From: an uncultured Pseudomonadota bacterium
GTDB taxonomy: Bacteria > Pseudomonadota > Alphaproteobacteria > Rs-D84
Reading direction: 5' to 3'
DNA length: 64,000 bases
NCBI GenBank assembly: GCA_902795435.1
Contig: CADBLE010000005.1
Span: 2,758 to 66,757, forward strand
A program made the translations under genes and the position numbers. The notes below the pieces were generated by a model. It made no database searches and was not told the DNA's origin. It saw only the letters and a program-made list of their open reading frames with translations. This document shows positions 27,701 to 36,700 of the stretch, piece after piece; the first letter of the stretch is position 1; every line of letters starts with the position of its first letter.

Positions 27701-30700
27701 TGCACCAACACCGAATGTATAAGAGGTTGGGGCGTCAACATAATTTGTCGCACCATCCATATTGTTATATGTAATTGAATACCCAGCATTTTCCCATTTT
27801 GCATACAATACTTTATCGCCAGTTGTTGAACCTTGTTCAATTGTGTATGTAAGAACAGGGTTATCACAATCTGCATTGTTTTCGCACCACCCATTAAATT
27901 CATAGTTTGCCTTGGTTGGATTTTCCAATGTAAATGTTGGTGTTTCAATATTATACGATGTCGGGTTTGTGCCAGATACAACACCACCATATAATTCGTA
28001 TGTAATATCATAATTGATTGGTGTCCATTTTGCATATAATGTTATTTCATCGCCGTCAGTTAAATTTAATACATTATTAAAATACACAACTTTTTGATTA
28101 CCAGCTTGTGTTGTATGTATGAAATCTGTACCTGTGCCGTCTGCAGCACTATTCCAAGAAACAAAACTATACCTGTCTCTTGTTGGCCAATTTGAGCTAT
28201 TATACAGTATACTGCAACCTTGCCTATCTGTACAAATTGTATCAGCTGGAATATTTTGTACTTCACTGTTACCGGCGTTAGCATCAAAATGTATTGTTAC
28301 CTGTCGCAGCCATCTTGCATAAACAGTTACTGTGCCACTTGTGCCAGCATCTATTGTTAATGTCTTTGTACAATTTGCAGTTGCTTCAACATTATCACAC
28401 CATCCAACAAATACATAATGTTCTTTTGTTGGCTCAACCGGAGTGATTTCTTGATTATCGGTTGGGTTATATGTATATGTGTTTGGTGTTATGTTATTCA
28501 ATTCCACACCATCACTGTAATATTTAATATCATATGTATTTTTCATCCATTTTGCATATAATGTTTTATTACCTGTTAAATCAGTTATAGTAGTTATTTG
28601 TTCACCACTAAAATCAGATGTTTCATACCAACCGTCAAATACATAACCCGCAGGTGCATTATTTGGTTGATAATCGCTGATATGATATGCATTTGTGGTG
28701 ACATTAACACCGTCACTGGTTCCGTCAAAATCGTGTTGCTCGGTCTTTAATACGGTTGAACCATCCATAAATGTAACCGTTGCATAACATTGCGCAACCT
28801 GCCATGATGCTGGTTCAGAATCAGGGTAGGCATCTGGACATTGTTTATACAATTCGTCTTGATTTGCATAGAAAATACTATTGTTCATATCTACAATATT
28901 TGTAAATATGTTTGGAAAACTGTGATTCCCCATACCCGAAGCATACGCAGAAGCAGTAACACCTGTAAATTCATCTACATCTCCCGTTGATTTTGATTTA
29001 TCATAACTGTTTGTATAATATCCACGTTCTGCCGGGACACATGGACTACGATGTGAATCATTATATTGAATATCGCTAAAATCACCATTATATAAAGACA
29101 ATTCATATTCTGGGTTTCCTATATAATAACCCCTTTTACAACTTGCTATACCAACTGTTGCAGGAAAGCACAAATCATATAAACCCGTTATCGTATTGTA
29201 TTTACAAACACTTTCTAGATTATAAACAGTAGAATTTATACTATTATTTGCATCATAATCTGCAGAGATTTCTGTGTTATTAAACAAACTACCGGATAAA
29301 TCAACATTATCTGGTGAATTAGCATACATAAATCTTGCGTTACAATTTTCCAAACTATCCGCATATTCATCAGATTTAACACGCAATGCACCAAAACTTG
29401 AATTATCAACCGCTGGACATATTACGGTTTCTCTGACCCATTTTGCATATAATGTTTTATTACCAGTTAAATCGGTTGCAGTTGTAATTTTATTACCGCT
29501 GAAATCAGATGTTTCATACCAACCGTCAAACACATAACCTGCAGGTGCTTGTAGAGTTGGTTGATAATTGCTGATATGATATGCATTTGTGGTAACATTA
29601 ACACCGTCGCTGGTTCCACTGAAATCGTGTTGTTCTTCTTTTAATATAGTACCACCGTCCTTAAATGTTACCGTTGCATAACATTGTGCAACCTGCCATG
29701 ATGCTGGTTCAGAATCAGGGTAGGCGTCTGGACATTGTTTATATGCATCTGAAAGTACCCCTATATCCATTGTTCCAGGATTCACGACCACACCACGCGA
29801 AATACTACCCATAACCCCCATATTATTAGCCATTATTAGTTCTTGTGAGTCTAGATTGTCTTTTGCCATAATTAAATCATATGTTGCGGTATAATATCCA
29901 GGTTCTGCCGGCACACACGCAAATGAACTAAGTGGTGTTGTTGCAAGTATAGAACGAAAAGCTTCAGCTTCGCTCTGCGAATTATATTCCATTGGCAAAA
30001 CATGTGCATCAAGTTGTGTTTGTGTTAAATAATACCCAGATTTACAATATTCGACATATAAATCGTAACATCTGTCATATTGTGCAGTCGTTTGATTATA
30101 TTTACACAATAAATATAATCCAACATCATTTTTATTTATATCTAAATTTGTATTATATCCAGAAATTTGCGACACACTAACATTACTATACATAACAGAT
30201 GGATTTGACCCGAAAAGCAGAGGCACCATACAATCTTCAATACTGTCACTTTTTAGATAATCCCCACCAAGTGCTTTATTTATTATTATTGATTGCGCAT
30301 AATACGCACCGATATTTGTATTATCGAATATTGGACATTTTACGTTCCCTTGTGGTGTTGTTTCATTATAATCATAATCACGAGAATCTGGACAATAATA
30401 ACCATCATTACATTCTGCACATTCTCTGGAACCCGCTGGTAAATAATAACCCGCATCACAATGTATTCTTGTTGATTCTTCACAAGTTTGTGAAACGGTT
30501 GAATACAAAGATTCACGAAACTCTTGTGGGAAAAACGCAAAACCATATATACCACAAAAAGACTGACAATTTGTGTTACAACTCGAATCACTTCCTGCAT
30601 ATACCCATTGGGAAAGGGCGGTTTCACCGTTTAATTTTTCTATACGGCACCAACAATGATTACCGCTATCTGTAATGTTCGGATTACCAGTTTGATATAT

Positions 30701-33700
30701 TGTTCCGCCAGTTTCAGAACAACCAGCAGTACCGTTTATAACACCCAATTCGTTTTTAACTTCCCATGAACCAGGTTTTAAGGTTCCAAATATACTACTG
30801 TCGCTACAATCAGATGAATTTGTTTGTGTCAATAAATTCTCGTAATAACAGCTATCAACCTGTGGGTTTTTAACTTTAACATATTCCAAACTTGGATTAG
30901 AAGTATCAAAATCACGAGAGGTTAATTCATACCCACTTTGGCAAGACAATGATGAAATATCACATGCGTTTTTGTTATTCAATACACACGTAGGTGAACC
31001 ATAATACATTTTACATGTAGCGCTTTGTGGGGCATATGGTGTTTGCGCGTTTGTTATATGATAATACTCTTCACAATCTACAGAAGAATTTCTGTAACAC
31101 ATATAAATATTATCAGCGTTTGTTCCATCACGGAAACCTTCTGGACACAAAGAACATTCATTACCGTTTTTATATTCGCCCGCACCACAAGAATCTAAAC
31201 GCCATTTTGCATATAATGTTATTGTTGCGGTTGGTGTATATGGACTGCTAACCACATTGGTAAGATTGGAATCAGAATACCAACCATCAAATGTATAGTT
31301 TGCCTTGGTTGGTTCTGGCAAAGTTATTGCAGGCGAACCGTATGTGTAATCATAAGGTTCTATCGCATCACCACCATTTGTATTATATGTAATTCTATAA
31401 ACATCTGGGGAACAAACCTGATTGTTTAATGAACCGAACACCGCAGCACGGAACGCGAGGGCGTTTGAGTAGTCCGTGATCCGCATGTAGTCCTCACAGC
31501 TGCCCGCGCAGTGGACCGCACAATACGACGCGTTTCCATCGTCGCGGTTAAACACCCAAGGGGAAGACAAGCTCTGCAATGTGTCACCATTTGGTATATA
31601 GCCATCCAATTGGCAATAGCAATATTGTCCCGTACCTGTTTCATCCGTTAAATTACTTACAAAATGGTCAGGTTCGAATGTGTATCCATTTTGATCATAC
31701 CATGGATTCGCTACATTACGTGTTGAACATCTGCCATGTCCCTTGATTATTCCTTTTGTACCATAATCTACAGCAAATGCCATTGGGTCATTTGATATGA
31801 TTGTATTGGACATTCCGTATGTATCATAGTCGGTCCCAGTGCTATCGTTTGATGTATAGCCGTTAGCATCCGTTGTACCGATTGTTGACATAAGGTCTGG
31901 GGTTATATGATAATGTGTTTCACAACCCAAGGCAGAGCAGGTGTCAGGCATATCATAATAATCATTGCCACTTACAGATACAGAATGATCTATATTAGCA
32001 GTTGTACAAGCACGATAACATTCTTTTATATTTTGTGCATTGGTTCCATCACGGAAACCAGCCGGACACAAGAAACAAGCACCTCCATTTTCATATTCAC
32101 CCGCACCGCAAGAATCCGAACGCCATTTTGCATATAATGTTATTGAGCCCGTTGGGGTATATGGACTGCTAACCACATTGGTAAGATCGGAATCAGAATA
32201 CCAACCATCAAATATATTGTTTGCCTTGGTTGGTTCTGGCAAAGTTATTGCAGGTGAACCGTATGTGTAATCATAAGGTTCTATCGTATTACCACCATTT
32301 GTATTATATGTAATTCTATAAACATCTGGGGAACAAACAGAATCAAACAAAGCAGTTCGTAAACTCAGCGCCAGTTGACCACCATCACGCATTCCGTATG
32401 CACAATTAACAGAACAATTGTTTGCACATTGTCCTGCATTATCATAAGACGATAACAATAATGAACCCGAAGATATATTTTTAGTAACACCTGATGATGT
32501 ATAGTTATACAATTGACAATAACAGTTTGGACCAGAATTATCTGGCAAACTTGTGTTTATAACAGTATGATTTGTTCCTGTTTGGGTACTGCAAACACTG
32601 CGTCCTCTGACATACCCTTTGTCAGCCCCATAATATACGGCGAACGCATATTGAACACCATATATACCAGCAACAGCCGATGACAAACCACCGTAATTGC
32701 CAATTTGCCCACCATCAGATCCATTTGCAACATAATCTGCTCCCGCTTCACTAGTCCCCATTATTTCTGTCAAACTTTGGTCAGAATGATAATTTATCGG
32801 ACAAGATAATTGTGTCCATTGGGCTTGAACCCCAGTTGCAACACTGGATATTATTCCACCGATATATGTTGCCACACAACCATTAGACACAGTTGTATTT
32901 GCACCTTTTATTGTTCCATTTGCTAATTTCCAACCAGTAAATGTATATCCAGAACGAGTTGGGACAGATGGCAAAGTTAAATTTCCACCGTATATGCAAG
33001 AACCATTTGCAATCGTATTTCCACCATTTTCATCCCAATTTAATGTGATAGTGGCTGGTGTCCATTGTGCTACAATATATGTAGAAGTGCCACTTGATAC
33101 ACCTGTGTAAGTACTTGTACAACCACCAGATACTGTTTCACCGGCATTATGAATTGAATTGTCAGCCAATTTCCAACCAGTAAATGTATATCCAGAACGG
33201 GTTGGGGCAGATGGCAAAGTTAAATTTCCATCGTATATGCATAAACCATCCGCTATTGCAACGCCACCGTTTTCATCCCAATTTAATGTTATTTCTTCTG
33301 GAACCGGATTGAATGTCATACTCTTTCTAACCATACCTTGTTGATTGGCTAATTTTATCAATTGGTATTGTCCAGAATCTGGGGCAAATTGTGGTGCAAG
33401 CCCACCAAAACTCCATTTTTGACCATTCAACACTTTGTTCATGAAATATTCCACAGAATCACGTGAATAATCAGATAATTTATATCCCGCTCCGGTTGAA
33501 AGTTCCTTATCTGGATTGTTTTGCATACCAAAACATTCCATAAGTGTTTCTCCACTACAATTAGCAGAAAAATATGAACCAGAAGAAGGCACCTTATACG
33601 ACATCATAAACACCGCCAATGGACTGATATAAGCATATCCATCTGTGCTGCCTTTAGGGACTTGTATGTTATTCAAATATTTTGCAACATTTTCGTTTTT

Positions 33701-36700
33701 ACAAAAATCTGCGCCATATTCTTTTTCATCACAAACAAAAGCATACTTACCATTTGGTTCTATATTTAATATAAGTGGTGCGATATTACTTAAATGTTCT
33801 AAATTGTATTTCTTATCATTTATTATTAATTGTCCTGTCAATGGAATATAATCAGAAACCACATCGCCCGCAACGCACCCAATCCACACACCACCAGCAT
33901 CAAATCCAGCAGGATTTTGTTCTTTATCAACATAACCATTAAATGCAAAACCGTCACAATATGGTAATTCTGGTAAAACTGGTAAATCTAAACCTTCACT
34001 AATTTTACCGATAAATGTTACATATTCTGAAATATTATCTTTGTTTCCAATAAATGACGAACCAGCAGATAACAACGAATGATTGTTTTCCCATAATGCA
34101 TCTTTCGCTAAATCTGCTTTGTACTCTTTATCAATAAAAGTACCAATTCCAACAAAAGAATTCTGCGATGTTGCCCAATATCTTATTTCTGTATTATTCT
34201 TTTTGTATACATCATATGGATTAAGATATTCATCAACATATGTTAAATAAGAGTTTTTATTGTAACACCATTGGTCATCTTTAGATATCCCAGTATAACT
34301 GTTCATACAAACTTTTTCATCTGTATTACAACCAACATTTACAATATTCATTGGACAACGATATTGATTATCTTTTGATACACACTCTTCACCATTTTGT
34401 ATATATCCTGTATCACAATTATCTATTTTTATACTACAATGATCTCCTGTGCTTGATGTATTCATATATTCTACCCATGATGTATCTCCTATATATGAAC
34501 ATGTTGAATGTGGTGGACAATTCAAAGCAGGACAACTTTTTGTTACAGAACATGTACCATTGCTATAAATAGGATATTCGTCTGGACATTTTACACAACT
34601 GTTCGTTGTTTCATCAAAATATTCTGTTCCATCACAAATTATTTCTTCCCATTGTGCTGTAATAGATGTAGAAGTGCCACTTGATACACCTGTGTAAGTA
34701 CTTGTGCAACCACCAGATACTGTTTCGCCGGCATTATGAATTGAATTGTCAGCTAATTTCCAACCAGCAAATGTATATCCAGAACGGGTTGGGGCAGATG
34801 GTAAAGTTAAATTTTCACCGTATACGCATGAACCATTTGCAATTGTATTTCCACCATTTTCATCCCAATTTAATGTGATAGTGGCTGGTGTCCATTGTGC
34901 TTGGATATTTGTTGAAGTGCCACTTGATACACCTGTGTAAGTACTTGTACAACCACCAGATACTGTTTCACCGGCATTATGAATTGAATTGTCAACCAAT
35001 TTCCAACCGCTAAATGTATATCCAGAACGAGTTGGGGCAGATGGCAAAGTTAAATTACCATTTAATGTACAAGAACCGTTTGCAATTGCATTTCCACCAT
35101 TTTCATTCCAATCTAATGTGATAGTGGTTGATGTCCATTGTGCTGTAATAGATGTAGAAGTGCCACTTGATACACCTGTGTAAGTACTTGTACAACCGCC
35201 AGATACTGTTTCACCAGCATTATGAATTGAATTGTCAGCCAATTTCCAACCAGCAAATGTATATCCAGAACGGGTTGGGGCAGATGGCAAAGTTAAATCA
35301 CCATTTAATGTGCAAGAACCATCTGAAATTGCATTTCCACCATTTTCATTCCAATTTAATATGATATTTACAACAGTTGGTGTTGGACATATATTCATAC
35401 TCTCGTTAATGGCAGGATTGCTTCCATCACGCCAAGTTTGATAATAAAACATTGTTGCACATCCCCGAGCACAGTCGTTTTTACAATCAGAATAATTACT
35501 AATTTGCGAAGAATCTATATAAAACCAAGATGAATCCACTGGTGTTTCTGTGCCAGTAGAACCAGATTTCGTTTTTGTTACACGACACCAACAATTATTA
35601 CCAGTTTTAAGGTTTCTTTCTGTAACAAGTGTTGAATCCACCCCAGATTCAGTTGTTTTTCCCGTATTTATACATGTTGTTTCACCGTATAATACATTAT
35701 AATCCAAATCCATTACCATCCAAGTACTAGCATCTGCTGGAATTAAATTTGAACAATCATTCAAATAAGAATTCACACCACTAAATGAGCCATTAAACGC
35801 AGATTTACCAGCAAAACACCCAGAACCAGCAACAGAACCCAATACACTATCTTCATAATTTGTACATGTTTGTTCTTCCCATTGTGCTTGAATACTTGTT
35901 GACATTCCACTTGACACACCTGTGTAAGTACTTGTACAACCACCAGATACTGTTTCACCGGCACTTTTTATTGTTCCGTTTGCCAATTTCCAACCATTAA
36001 ATGTATATCCAGAACGGGTTGGGGCAGACGGCAAAGTTAAATTTCCACCGTATGTGCAAGAACCGTTTGCAACATCCCCACCACCATTTTCATCCCAATT
36101 TATTGTTATGGTTGCTGGTGTCCATTGTGCTGTAATAGATGTAGAAGTGCCACTTGACACCCCGGTATATGTTGCCACACAACCATTAGACACCGTTGTA
36201 TTTGCACCTTTTATTGTTCCGTTTGCTAATTTCCAACCAGTAAATGTATATCCAGAACGGGTTGGGGCAGATGGTAAAGTTAAATTACCATTTAATGTGC
36301 AAGAACCATTTGAAATTGTATTTCCACCATTTTCATCCCAATTTAATGTTATAACGACGGTTGGTTCCGGTTCTTTACCACCGCCTTCTGGATAATCATC
36401 AAATCTTTCTTTGTTTCCAGTATCTTCAACACCCGCACAATTTGAATTGCATTGGAATTTTGTCAGTGATGTATGATGCGGAATATTATCATAAGTTATC
36501 TCTGTTGATTTACCAGTATTATTATACAATATGTTTGCATGTAATCTGGTTGAACGTCCAAACGTTGAAGAATTTAACATTTTATGCAATTCTTTTTCTT
36601 GTGTCAAATTATATATAATCGCATCTTTGTCTGTTTGGCTAAATTTAACATCTTTGCCAACCTGATTAGTGAAATATTCCTCATACGCCATAAACATAGC

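Noticed and set aside
31426-31644. A 72-aa Arg/Thr/Ala-rich ORF in another minus frame, overlapping the GC-rich patch.
   Set aside because: A GC-rich stretch in an AT-rich genome automatically lacks stop codons in other frames. The main frame encodes a conserved module there, so the overlapping ORF is most likely a by-product.
15523-36358. CRISPR-like regular repeats.
   Set aside because: All periodic repeats lie in-frame inside long ORFs, with periods of 72, 222, 243 or about 490 bp. They lack the unique-spacer/short-palindromic-repeat structure, and no cas genes are present.
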